A stretch of DNA of 64,000 nucleotides, taken from contig PHDD01000002.1 of NCBI GenBank assembly GCA_002840905.1, forward strand, positions 223,563 to 287,562, given 5' to 3'. The notes beneath the pieces were generated by a model that worked only from the letters and a program-made list of their open reading frames with translations, was not told where the DNA came from and searched no databases. A program made the position numbers and the translations under genes. Below, piece after piece: positions 47,816 through 57,954 of the stretch (position 1 is the stretch's first letter; each line of letters starts with the position of its first letter). This DNA comes from Bacteroidetes bacterium HGW-Bacteroidetes-4 (GTDB lineage: Bacteria; Bacteroidota; Bacteroidia; Bacteroidales; SZUA-534).

Positions 47816-49939
47816 ATGAATATTGTAAAAAAAGAAATCAACCTGAGCGATGGCCGGGTTATTACCATTGAAACAGGTAAGTTAGCCAAACAGGCCGACG
47901 GAGCTGTAGTTGTAAAAGAAGGCAACACCATGTTGCTTGCTACAGTAGTTTCAGCAAAAGAAGCCAAAGAAGATGTGGATTTTATGCCACTTTCTGTCGA
48001 TTACAAAGAAAATTATTCTGCCGCAGGCCGTTTCCCCGGGGGATTCCTGCGCCGCGAAGGTCGTCCTTCGGATTCTGAAATTCTGGTATCGCGTTTAATC
48101 GACCGTGCCTTGCGTCCGCTTTTTCCCGACGATTACCATGCCGAAACTTTTGTTACCGTAACTTTAATTTCGGGCGACAAAGAAACCATGCCCGATTCTC
48201 TGGCTGGATTAGCAGCCTCGGCAGCATTGGCTGTTTCTGATATTCCGTTTAACGGTCCTATTTCAGAATGCCGGGTTGCCCGCATTAATGGCGAGTTTAA
48301 AATAAACCCAAGCTTTGCTCAACTGGAAACTGCCGATATCGACATTATGGTAGCCGCAACTTACGAGAATATATTAATGGTTGAAGGCGAGATGAAGGAA
48401 GTTTCAGAAAAAGATATGCTCGATGCCATTAAACTTGCTCACGACACCATTAAAATTCATTGCAAAGTTCAAATGGAACTTAGCAAAGAGGTGGGTAAAA
48501 CAGTAAAACGCGAATATTGCCACGAAACCAACGACGAAGCTTTGCGTGAAAAAATATGGAAAGAAACTTACGATAAAGTTTATGCTGTGGCCCGTAAATG
48601 CCAGGCCGACAAACACAAACGTCATGAAGATTTTCAGGCAGTAAAAGAAGAATTTATAGCACAATACACTGAAGAAGAACTGTCGGAATTAAATATGACT
48701 TTGGTTGGCCGCTATTATCATGATGTTGAGAAAGAAGCCGTTCGTAATTTAATATTAAACGAAGGTCTTCGCTTGGACGGACGAAAAACCACTGAAATAC
48801 GCCCAATCTGGAGCGAGGTTGATTACCTTCCTTCAGCACACGGTTCAGCCGTTTTTACACGCGGTGAAACCCAATCGTTAACCACAGTAACTTTAGGAAC
48901 CAAACTCGACAACAAACTCATCGACGAAGTTTTGCGCCAGGGAAAAGACAACTTTTTATTACATTATAACTTTCCTCCATTTTCAACCGGTGATGCAAGA
49001 CCAAATCGTGGTGTAGGGCGTCGTGAAATTGGCCATGGAAACCTGGCGCTCCGCGCTTTAAAAAACATGCTGCCCACTGGCGAAGACAATCCTTATTCAA
49101 TTCGCATCGTTTCCGATATTCTTGAATCGAACGGCTCATCGTCAATGGCTACCGTTTGTGCCGGCACACTGGCTTTAATGGATGCCGGACTAAAGATTAA
49201 AAAACCTGTTTCAGGTATTGCTATGGGTTTAATTACCAATAATGAGAAATTTGCCGTGCTTAGTGATATTCTTGGCGACGAAGATCATTTGGGTGATATG
49301 GATTTTAAAGTTACCGGAACTGTTGATGGTATTACCGCAACACAAATGGACATTAAAGTTAATGGCTTACCCTACGAGGTTTTAGAACAGGCCCTGGAAC
49401 AAGCAAAAGTAGGACGTCTTCACATTTTGGGAAAAATGCTCGAAACCCTTCCGGAACCACGTCCTGAATTTAAAGCTCATGCCCCTCGTGTTGTTACTTT
49501 AACCATTCCCAAAGATACCATCGGTGCTTTAATTGGCCCTGGCGGAAAAATTATTCAGGAAATTCAGGCTTCTACTGGTTCAACCATTATTATTGAAGAA
49601 GTGGATAACATGGGTCGGGTTGAAGTGGTGGCTAACAATAAAGAAAGCATAGAAATGGCATTGCAACGCATTAAAGGAATTGTTGCGGTTCCTGAAGTTG
49701 GTACTATTTATAAAGGAAAAGTAAAAGCCATTGTTGCTTTTGGAGCTTTTGTCGAAATTTTGCCAAACAAAGAAGGCTTATTACACATTTCAGAAATTGA
49801 ATGGCGCCGCTTAGATAAAGTAGACGAAGTACTTAAAGAAGGTGATGAAGTTGAAGTTAAACTAATTGACGTTGATAAAGCCGGAAAGCTTAAATTATCG
49901 CGTAAAGTACTGCTTCCAAAACCAGAAAAGAAAGAATAA
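47816..49939 (+). CDS. pnp: polyribonucleotide nucleotidyltransferase (PNPase)
   Basis: Two RNase PH domains plus KH and S1 ([27 protein letters not shown]). It follows rpsO, the classic synteny. Confidence 0.95.
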   Translation: MNIVKKEINLSDGRVITIETGKLAKQADGAVVVKEGNTMLLATVVSAKEAKEDVDFMPLSVDYKENYSAAGRFPGGFLRREGRPSDSEILVSRLIDRALRPLFPDDYHAETFVTVTLISGDKETMPDSLAGLAASAALAVSDIPFNGPISECRVARINGEFKINPSFAQLETADIDIMVAATYENILMVEGEMKEVSEKDMLDAIKLAHDTIKIHCKVQMELSKEVGKTVKREYCHETNDEALREKIWKETYDKVYAVARKCQADKHKRHEDFQAVKEEFIAQYTEEELSELNMTLVGRYYHDVEKEAVRNLILNEGLRLDGRKTTEIRPIWSEVDYLPSAHGSAVFTRGETQSLTTVTLGTKLDNKLIDEVLRQGKDNFLLHYNFPPFSTGDARPNRGVGRREIGHGNLALRALKNMLPTGEDNPYSIRIVSDILESNGSSSMATVCAGTLALMDAGLKIKKPVSGIAMGLITNNEKFAVLSDILGDEDHLGDMDFKVTGTVDGITATQMDIKVNGLPYEVLEQALEQAKVGRLHILGKMLETLPEPRPEFKAHAPRVVTLTIPKDTIGALIGPGGKIIQEIQASTGSTIIIEEVDNMGRVEVVANNKESIEMALQRIKGIVAVPEVGTIYKGKVKAIVAFGAFVEILPNKEGLLHISEIEWRRLDKVDEVLKEGDEVEVKLIDVDKAGKLKLSRKVLLPKPEKKE

Positions 49940-49960
49940 GCATACCCTTATTTATAATGA

Positions 49961-49992
49961 AAAGCCATCCATTAGTTTGGATGGCTTTTTTA
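49961..49992 (+). terminator. Rho-independent terminator of pnp
   Basis: Perfect 11-bp stem AAAGCCATCCA / TGGATGGCTTT followed by a T-run. Confidence 0.75.
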
Positions 49993-50201
49993 TTGCTAAC
50001 AACTTAAATACCAAGAGGAACAAGGTTAAACAAAAACACCTGCATCAGGCAATAAGAAAGCATTTAACCCGTTTGATACTTTATAACATAATTATTGTTT
50101 AACTATATAGTTATATTAAAATTGTAATTTTATAATCGAAAAGACCTATTTTTACTATTTAAAACCCTATAAACAACACGAATATTAAACCCATTTTTAT
50201 T

Positions 50202-53135
50202 ATGAGAAACTTAATGATTGCCATGGCTGCTGTTTTATTTGTTACCATGAGCTGTAAACAAACGGGCTATAAAACGGTTACTAAAACCGATGCCAACGGG
50301 TACACCTACGAAATGGTGACCAACGATCCTTACAACCTCAGAGTTTACACCCTCGACAACGGTTTAAAAGCCTACCTGAGCGTAAACAAGGACGAACCAC
50401 GCATCCAAACGTTTATTCCGGTTAAAGCGGGCTCAACATACGATCCTCAAGACAACACAGGGCTGGCTCACTACCTTGAACACATGATGTTCAAAGGAAC
50501 ACCAAAAATTGGAACCCTTGACTGGGAGGCTGAGAAAGTATTATTGGAACAAATTTCAGCTTTGTACGAACAACATAAAGCTACCGACGATCCAGCCAAG
50601 AAAAAAGAAATATACAAAGAGATTGATCGCATTTCGCAGGAAGCTGCAAAATATGTGGCCACCAACGAATACGATAAACTGATTAGTTCACTGGGAGGAA
50701 ACGGAACCAATGCTTACACCACCAACGAGCGTACAGTTTATATGAATAACATTCCGTCGAACGAACTTGAGAAATGGCTCAAACTGGAATCAGAACGTAT
50801 GTTTAACCTGGTACTCCGTATCTTCCATACCGAACTGGAAACTGTTTACGAGGAATTTAATATGGGACAGGACCGCGACGGAACCAAAGCATACTTTGCC
50901 TTAATGTCGAATTTGTTCCCCAATCACCCCTACGGACAACAAACCACCATCGGTAAAGCAGAACACCTGAAAAACCCATCGATGGAAAATATCAAAAAAT
51001 ACTGGTCAACGTATTATGTTCCCAACAATATGGCCATTTGTCTTTCGGGCGATTTTGATATGGAAGAAACCATACAACTTATCGACAAGTATTATGGCTC
51101 CCTTGAACCAAAAGAAGTACCTGAAAATGTACTTCCCAAAGAAGAACCCATTACCGAAGTTAAAGAGATTGAAGTTTTAGGACCACAGGCTGAATTTGTA
51201 ATGTTTGCTTACCGCTTTGACGGCGTTAATAGCGAAGATGAAAAATACATAACACTAATAGATTACATGCTTAACAACTCGCAAGCCGGACTTATCGACA
51301 TCAATCTGAACCAAAAACAAAAAGTATTGAATGCCGGTTCAGGACCTTCATTCCTGAAAGAATACGGCATGTTGTCGTTCCGTGGCACACCGCGTCAGGG
51401 GCAATCGTTAGAAGAAGTTCGCGACTTGTTATTGGGTGAAGTTGAGAAAATTAAAGCCGGCGAATTCGAAGATTGGTTAATTGAGGCTTGTATCAACGAC
51501 ATGAAACTAAACGACATTCGGAGTCAGGAAAGCAATTTCAGATCGCATGAATTTGCCGTTGCCTTTGCCAACGGAGTAAGCTGGGAAAACACGCTCAAGT
51601 TTAACGACGAACTTGCCAAAATTACCAAAGAAGATGTGGTTAAATATGCAAACGAGCACTTTTTAGACAATAACTATGTGATAGTTTATAAACGCAAAGG
51701 CGAAGATCCCAATGTAGTGAAGGTTGAAAAACCACAAATTACAGCCGTTGAATTAAACCGTGAAAACGAATCGGAGTATTATAAAAACTTTACCAGCGAA
51801 GAATCGGGACGTCTTGAGCCTGTTTTTATCGACTTTAACCAAACCATTACAAGCAAAGAATTTGCTCCCGGAGTAACCTTTAGTTACATCAAAAACCCAA
51901 CCAACAAACTGTTTAAGCTTATTTACATTATTGAAAAAGGAAAAGACCACGATAAAGAACTGGCTTTAGCTGTGGGTTATCTACCTTATTTGGGAACCGA
52001 AAAATACACAGCAGCCGAGTTAAAACAGGAATTTTTCCGTTACGGACTCGATTTTGGCGTATCAACCAGCGACGACCGAAGCACCGTATATATTACCGGC
52101 TTGGAAGAAAATGCAGCCAAAGCCATTGAATTAATGGAACACATTCTGGCTAATGTAGTACCCGATCAGGAGGCTTACGATAAATACATTGATGGAATTC
52201 AGAAATCGCGGGCCGATAAAAAACTGGATATTAATCAGATTTTGCGAGGAGCCATGTTCAACTATGCCATTTACGGACCGGAGTCGAGCTATAGCGATAT
52301 TTTGTTGCAGGAAGCCATGCAAAAAATTGACCCCCAGGTTTTGGTCGATAAAATTAAGGGCATTACCCAACATGAGCATCAACTGTTCTATTACGGTCAA
52401 AACACCGCCGACGAAGCCTTTAACCTGCTTAAACAAGGTCATGTTTTACCCGACAATCTGGCAAAAATTGAAGAACCTAAAAAATATCCACAACTCGACA
52501 TTAGCCAACCCAAGGTTTACTTTGTCAACTACGACATGGTTCAATCGCAAATAATGTTGCTTTCGAAAGATGTAGCCCTCGACAACTCACTTACGCCAAA
52601 CATTCAGTTATTTAACGAATTTTATGGCAGCGGACTATCATCGATAGTATTCCAGGAAATCAGAGAATCGCGTGCCCTGGCCTATTCTGCGTTTTCATTT
52701 ATTACTGTTCCTTCGCGTCAGGACAAAGCCCATTTCAACTATTCGTTTGTAGCTACACAACCCGATAAATTAAAAACAGCTACCGATGCCATGACCGAAT
52801 TACTTAACCAGATGCCTAAAGCCGATAAGCAATTTGAGCTGGCCAAAGATGCCATTATGAAGAATATTGAAACGGAACGTATTATTAAAGACCGTATTTT
52901 CTGGACTTACATCAATGCAAAAGACCGTGGTTTGGATTACGACATTCGTAAAGACGTTTACGAACATATGAAAGATGTTTCGATGGATGAATTTAAAACC
53001 TTTTTCGATACTCACGTGGCCAACAAAGAATACGTTTACCTGGTGATTGGAAACAAGAGCCAAATTGATTTTAACGTACTCAAAAAACTTGGACCGGTTA
53101 AAGAACTTACGCTGGAGGAGATTTTTAACTACTAA
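50202..53135 (+). CDS. M16 (insulinase/pitrilysin) family zinc peptidase lipoprotein
   Basis: Lipobox ...VTMSC and the inverted zinc motif HYLEHMMF. At 977 aa it has the duplicated M16 architecture. Confidence 0.85.
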   Translation: MRNLMIAMAAVLFVTMSCKQTGYKTVTKTDANGYTYEMVTNDPYNLRVYTLDNGLKAYLSVNKDEPRIQTFIPVKAGSTYDPQDNTGLAHYLEHMMFKGTPKIGTLDWEAEKVLLEQISALYEQHKATDDPAKKKEIYKEIDRISQEAAKYVATNEYDKLISSLGGNGTNAYTTNERTVYMNNIPSNELEKWLKLESERMFNLVLRIFHTELETVYEEFNMGQDRDGTKAYFALMSNLFPNHPYGQQTTIGKAEHLKNPSMENIKKYWSTYYVPNNMAICLSGDFDMEETIQLIDKYYGSLEPKEVPENVLPKEEPITEVKEIEVLGPQAEFVMFAYRFDGVNSEDEKYITLIDYMLNNSQAGLIDINLNQKQKVLNAGSGPSFLKEYGMLSFRGTPRQGQSLEEVRDLLLGEVEKIKAGEFEDWLIEACINDMKLNDIRSQESNFRSHEFAVAFANGVSWENTLKFNDELAKITKEDVVKYANEHFLDNNYVIVYKRKGEDPNVVKVEKPQITAVELNRENESEYYKNFTSEESGRLEPVFIDFNQTITSKEFAPGVTFSYIKNPTNKLFKLIYIIEKGKDHDKELALAVGYLPYLGTEKYTAAELKQEFFRYGLDFGVSTSDDRSTVYITGLEENAAKAIELMEHILANVVPDQEAYDKYIDGIQKSRADKKLDINQILRGAMFNYAIYGPESSYSDILLQEAMQKIDPQVLVDKIKGITQHEHQLFYYGQNTADEAFNLLKQGHVLPDNLAKIEEPKKYPQLDISQPKVYFVNYDMVQSQIMLLSKDVALDNSLTPNIQLFNEFYGSGLSSIVFQEIRESRALAYSAFSFITVPSRQDKAHFNYSFVATQPDKLKTATDAMTELLNQMPKADKQFELAKDAIMKNIETERIIKDRIFWTYINAKDRGLDYDIRKDVYEHMKDVSMDEFKTFFDTHVANKEYVYLVIGNKSQIDFNVLKKLGPVKELTLEEIFNY

Positions 53136-53165
53136 TCCGGCTAAAGAATAAAATTTGTCATAAAA

Positions 53166-53195
53166 AGCTTCCTGTTTGCAGGGAGCTTTTTTTAT
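53166..53195 (+). terminator. Rho-independent terminator of the M16 peptidase gene
   Basis: AGCTTCCTG-TTTG-CAGGGAGCT (one wobble pair) followed by TTTTTTT. Confidence 0.65.
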
Positions 53196-53203
53196 TTTTG
53201 GGC

Positions 53204-53482
53204 ATGGAAAAACGAAAAGCGTATCAAATTTCAATTAATGGCCGGGTACAAAATGTGGGATTTCGTTTTCACACACAGGACCAAGCGGTAAAACTGGGAA
53301 TAACCGGTTTTGTAAAAAATATGCCCGACGGTTCTGTTTTTATTGAAGCAGAAGGAAACGAAACCCAATTGAATGAATTCATCAGCTGGTGCCATAAAGG
53401 ACCATCGTGGGCAAAAGTTTTTGATATAAAAATTGCAGAACAACCCCTGATGGGCTATGTTTCATTTGAAATAAAACGCTAA
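53204..53482 (+). CDS. acylphosphatase
   Basis: GRVQNVGFRFHT and GFV.N..DGSV motifs. The ATG at 53204 is preferred over the TTG at 53198. Confidence 0.85.
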   Translation: MEKRKAYQISINGRVQNVGFRFHTQDQAVKLGITGFVKNMPDGSVFIEAEGNETQLNEFISWCHKGPSWAKVFDIKIAEQPLMGYVSFEIKR

Positions 53483-53501
53483 GACCCTTTTAAAAACGTA
53501 A

Positions 53502-55439
53502 TTATTCCTTTAAAGCCACCATATCTTCTAAATCGTGGCTGTATTTTTCCCACAAAGCCATTGCATCGGCTAAAGCATTCTTTAGCTCATTATATTTTTC
53601 AAAAGTTGAAACATCGGTAATTATCCCGGGTGCAGCCATTTGTTCATCCATTTTTTCGAGAGCTGTTTCCAGTTCCTGAATATGAGTCTCGCTCTCATCA
53701 ACCAGTTTTTGTGCTTTCCGTATTTTTTTATCCAGTTCTTTCCGCTCTTCATACTTTAATTTGCTTTCGGATGTTTCTTTGGATTTGTCACTTATGGATT
53801 TAGTTTTTGCTTCGTTTAGCTGATTCAGCGTTTCAATTTTTTTATTAACCAGGAATTCAGCAATTCCTCCCAAATGTTGCTTTGTTTTTTTATTCTTAAA
53901 CTCATATACCGTCGAAACTACACCATCAAGGAAATCCCTGTCGTGCGACACCAGAATAACCGTTCCATCATAACTCAAAAGTGCTTCCTTCAAAATATCT
54001 TTCGAGCGCATATCGAGGTGGTTGGTTGGCTCGTCGAGAACCAAAAGGCTGGCTGGTTCAAGCAACAGTTTAGCCAGTGACAAACGGGCCCGTTCGCCGC
54101 CCGATAACACAGAAACTTTTTTATCAATATCATCGCCACGAAAAAGAAAGGAGGCTAATATGTCACGAATTTTAGTACGGATATCTCCCACTGCCACTTC
54201 ATCGATTGTCTGAAAAACTGTTTTGTTGTCATCGAGCATTTCACTTTGGTTCTGAGCATAATACCCAATTTTTACATTGTGCCCGAGTTTGAGGTGTCCC
54301 TGATAATCGTGTTGTCCAATAATAATTTTTGAGAACGTGGTTTTTCCTTCACCATTCTTTCCTACAAAAGCAACTTTTTCCCCTTTTTCCAACACAAAAT
54401 CCAGCTTATTCAAAACCAGATGGTCGCCAAAACTTTTCGACAGTTCCTTGGCTTCAACTACCAACTGACCGGAGTGGGTTGCCGGTGGAAATTTAAAATG
54501 AATGGCCGATTTATCAATTTCATCGAACTCAATACGCTCAATTTTATCGAGTTGTTTGATACGCGACTGCACCTGCACCGATTTGGTGGCTTTGTAACGA
54601 AAACGCTCAATGAACTGTTCGGTTTCTTCAATTTTTTTTTGCTGATTCTCAAAAGCCGCTTTTTGTTGCTCGAGTAATTCCCGACGAAGAATAAGGTACT
54701 TTGAATAAGGAACTTTATAATCGTAGATTTTTCCCAACGATATTTCCAACGTTCTATTGGTCAGGTTATCCAAAAATGCTTTGTCGTGCGAAACCACCAT
54801 TACAGCTCCTTCATAAACTTTCAACATATCTTCGAACCATTGTACCGATTCAATATCCAAGTGGTTAGTAGGTTCGTCGAGCAGCAATACTTCAGGTTTT
54901 TGTAACAGTACTTTGGCCAATTCTATACGCATGCGCCAACCACCGCTAAATTCACCGGTCGGTCGAGTAAAATCGCTTCGCAAAAAACCCAATCCCAGCA
55001 AGGTGTTTTCAATATCGGCATGAATGCTGTTTCCACCCAGCAAATTATGTCGTTCGGTTTTGTCCGACAGTTGATGAATCAACTCCAAATAATCCATCGA
55101 TTCAAAATCGGTACGGGAACTCAAGGCCTGGTTTAGCTTATCAATTTCGTCTTCCAACGAACGAATCTCAACAAATGCATCGAGCGCTTCTTTAAACACA
55201 GTTTTCGTGTCGCTTACCGTCATTTGCTGCGGCAGGTAACCAATTGTAACATCTTTGGGTATGGAAATTTGTCCTTTATCGTAAGCTTGTAATCCGCTCA
55301 AAATTTTTAACAAGGTCGATTTTCCTGCTCCATTTTTACCGGTAAGCCCAATCCTGTCGCGCGGGTTAATTAAAAAACTAACCTGGTTAAACAGGGGAGT
55401 CCCCGAAAATTCAACCGTTAAATCATTTACTGAAATCAT
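53502..55439 (-). CDS. ABC-F family ATPase (two NBDs, C-terminal coiled coil)
   Basis: Two Walker A motifs (GKNGAGKST, GKNGEGKTT), two LSGG signatures and no TM domain. Confidence 0.9.
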   Translation of the reverse strand: MISVNDLTVEFSGTPLFNQVSFLINPRDRIGLTGKNGAGKSTLLKILSGLQAYDKGQISIPKDVTIGYLPQQMTVSDTKTVFKEALDAFVEIRSLEDEIDKLNQALSSRTDFESMDYLELIHQLSDKTERHNLLGGNSIHADIENTLLGLGFLRSDFTRPTGEFSGGWRMRIELAKVLLQKPEVLLLDEPTNHLDIESVQWFEDMLKVYEGAVMVVSHDKAFLDNLTNRTLEISLGKIYDYKVPYSKYLILRRELLEQQKAAFENQQKKIEETEQFIERFRYKATKSVQVQSRIKQLDKIERIEFDEIDKSAIHFKFPPATHSGQLVVEAKELSKSFGDHLVLNKLDFVLEKGEKVAFVGKNGEGKTTFSKIIIGQHDYQGHLKLGHNVKIGYYAQNQSEMLDDNKTVFQTIDEVAVGDIRTKIRDILASFLFRGDDIDKKVSVLSGGERARLSLAKLLLEPASLLVLDEPTNHLDMRSKDILKEALLSYDGTVILVSHDRDFLDGVVSTVYEFKNKKTKQHLGGIAEFLVNKKIETLNQLNEAKTKSISDKSKETSESKLKYEERKELDKKIRKAQKLVDESETHIQELETALEKMDEQMAAPGIITDVSTFEKYNELKNALADAMALWEKYSHDLEDMVALKE

Positions 55440-55632
55440 GCTTTCTGTTTTTCAAATCGGCCTCAAAAATAGCAAAAGTAAGCGGTTGATTCCGAACCGT
55501 ATCCAATTTAATTGCAACCTTTATTAATAAAGCCGGTTCCGATAAAAGAAAACCCGGGTTTATTGATTACCTTTTTACAAGATGTTATAATTTTAGGGCA
55601 TGATGCAACACTTTTCAAAAATCGGATTCAAA

Positions 55633-57942
55633 ATGAAACGCACCTGCCTTTTTCTGGCTTTACTTCTGATTGCTTTTGGAGTAAACGGGCAAAGTGTGGG
55701 CGTTGTGCTTAGCGGTGGCGGAGCTAAAGGGTTGGCGCACGTGGGTTTGTTGCGCGCTTTGGAAGAAAACCAAATTCCGATTGATTATATTGCCGGCACA
55801 TCGATGGGCGCCATTGTAGGTGGCTTATATACAATCGGCTATTCGCCCGACGAGATGGAAGCGTTGCTGAATTCCGATGAGTTTCGGAAATGGTCGCTTG
55901 GGATTATCGATCTGAAAGAAAAATACTATTTTAAAACAAAAGATGAAAACCCGGGTTGGGTTGAATTTCCGTTTAAAAAAATTAACGACGAATTTATCGC
56001 TCAGCTTCCAACAAATATAATTTCGCCCGAACAAATGGATTTACGGTTTATGCAGTTTTTTGAACCGGCTGGTGCAGCAGCGAATTACGATTTTAATCAA
56101 CTTATGATTCCCTATTTTTGCATCGCCACCGACGTTTACAGAAACAAACCCGTGATTCTTAATTCGGGTAACTTATCAGCATCAGTTCGTGCATCTATGA
56201 CTTTCCCGGGTTATTTTAAGCCCATTGTTATCGACAGCGTGCTGCTGTTCGATGGAGGAATGGAAAACAATTTTCCGGTTGACGTGATGATTGAAAAGTT
56301 TAATCCGGATGTAATTATTGGATGTAAAGTTGCTTCAAACCCTGAAAAACCAAATTCAGACGATATTTACAAACAGCTTGAGAATGTGTTTATGAAAAAC
56401 ACCAATTACACCATGCCTGAAAATGGAATTTTGGTTGCCCCAAAAGTAAAAGATTTTGGTTTATTGGATATGGAGATGTACGACACACTTCATACCCTTG
56501 GTTATTTGGCTACTATTGAAAAAATGGATTCAATAAAACTTTTGGTTCAACGAAGAATGGACAAAATGGAATTAGCTGAGAAGCGGGCCGCTTTTAAAGA
56601 AAAATACCGACCCCTAATTATTGAAAACATTTTTATTTCTGGCATCGACAACGAATCGGTTTCGTACGTTCTTAAGAATATACGACGGAACCGTGAATTG
56701 CTAACTTTTGAAGAGTTTGAAATGGAATATTTTAAACTGCTTTCCGATAAATTGGTACAATCGGTTTACCCTAAAGCCATATACAATCCCAAAAGTGGCT
56801 ATTATGATATTTATCTGGATATTAAAGCCCAAAACGAACTTTCGGTTTCCATTGGTGGTAATATATCGTCGAATCTAAGAAATATTGGTTTTGTGGAACT
56901 GGATTATTTTTTTCAGAAAAAGAATATTTACAACCTTTCGTCGAACATTTATATCGGAAAGTTTTATAATTCAATAAATGGCACATTCAGAATAGATTTT
57001 CCTCCCCGTCAGGTTAACAAAGACAAAACCATTTCCCCCTTTTACGTTGAGCTTTCGGCAACCAGCAACCGCTGGGATTATTTCAAATTATCGACCGATT
57101 GGTTTGTCGACAGCCGTTCACCGGGAAAAGTTTTACAACAAGACTATTATTTTAAAGCCAATTTTGGCCGCCCTATGCTTATTCGCAGTTTGTTTTATGC
57201 CGGGTTTAGTTACGGACGCCAAACCGACGAGTATTTTCAAACCAACTACATTTTTAAAGAAGATACTGCTGATATTGGTCATTTCGATTTTGCATCAATT
57301 CATGCCACGCACGAATACAGCACTTTAAATTTTAAAGAATATGCTACGGAAGGAAAATTCGCAAAGTTCAGAGCTCAATATGTAACCGGACAAGAGATTT
57401 ATAACCCGGGTTCCACCACCCCAACAGAATTCCGGCAAAAAGTTGAAACAGGCCACTCGTGGTTTAGGCTTTCATTCAGCTATTTGAATTTTCACAAAAT
57501 AAGTCGTTGGTTTACTTTAGGATACCGGACCGACCTGGAGTATACCAACAAAAGTCCTTTTGCCAATTCCATGTCGTCAATGCTTGGAGCCATTACTTTT
57601 ACACCTTTTCCACAAAGCAAAGTAGTATTACTCGAAAAATTCAGGGCTAATACTTTTGCTGCAGTTGGAATGTTGCCGGTTATAAACTTTAACACTTTAC
57701 TCTCGTTACGCAGCGAAATGTATCTTTTTCAACCTTATCAATTCATTAACACCAACACTTATAAGACTGAATTTTCTGAAGTTTTTCCCGCACCCGCATT
57801 TATGGCTTCGCTTGCCCTGGTTTTCCATTCACCCATTGGCCCTCTGGCGCTTTCGGGCAGTTATTTTAATGGCGAAGAAAACCCGTTTTACCTGCAATTA
57901 AACTTTGGATACCTGCTATTTAACCGTCGTGGCCTTGAATAA
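55633..57942 (+). CDS. patatin-like phospholipase fused to a C-terminal outer-membrane beta-barrel-like domain
   Basis: Signal peptide, GGGAKG oxyanion motif, GTSMG nucleophile and DGG Asp. The C-terminal ~400 aa is beta-rich and ends ...LQLNFGYLLF-NRRGLE. The start is set at MKRTCLF. Confidence 0.8.
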   Translation: MKRTCLFLALLLIAFGVNGQSVGVVLSGGGAKGLAHVGLLRALEENQIPIDYIAGTSMGAIVGGLYTIGYSPDEMEALLNSDEFRKWSLGIIDLKEKYYFKTKDENPGWVEFPFKKINDEFIAQLPTNIISPEQMDLRFMQFFEPAGAAANYDFNQLMIPYFCIATDVYRNKPVILNSGNLSASVRASMTFPGYFKPIVIDSVLLFDGGMENNFPVDVMIEKFNPDVIIGCKVASNPEKPNSDDIYKQLENVFMKNTNYTMPENGILVAPKVKDFGLLDMEMYDTLHTLGYLATIEKMDSIKLLVQRRMDKMELAEKRAAFKEKYRPLIIENIFISGIDNESVSYVLKNIRRNRELLTFEEFEMEYFKLLSDKLVQSVYPKAIYNPKSGYYDIYLDIKAQNELSVSIGGNISSNLRNIGFVELDYFFQKKNIYNLSSNIYIGKFYNSINGTFRIDFPPRQVNKDKTISPFYVELSATSNRWDYFKLSTDWFVDSRSPGKVLQQDYYFKANFGRPMLIRSLFYAGFSYGRQTDEYFQTNYIFKEDTADIGHFDFASIHATHEYSTLNFKEYATEGKFAKFRAQYVTGQEIYNPGSTTPTEFRQKVETGHSWFRLSFSYLNFHKISRWFTLGYRTDLEYTNKSPFANSMSSMLGAITFTPFPQSKVVLLEKFRANTFAAVGMLPVINFNTLLSLRSEMYLFQPYQFINTNTYKTEFSEVFPAPAFMASLALVFHSPIGPLALSGSYFNGEENPFYLQLNFGYLLFNRRGLE

Positions 57943-57954
57943 GACTTTATCGGA

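Noticed and set aside
49866-50102. ORFs spanning intergenic spacers (49866..50102, 47604..47813, 47749..47967, 16508..16771, 40016..40318, 26564..26812).
   Set aside because: They overlap terminators, promoters or the ends of real genes, and their translations have no motifs and atypical composition.
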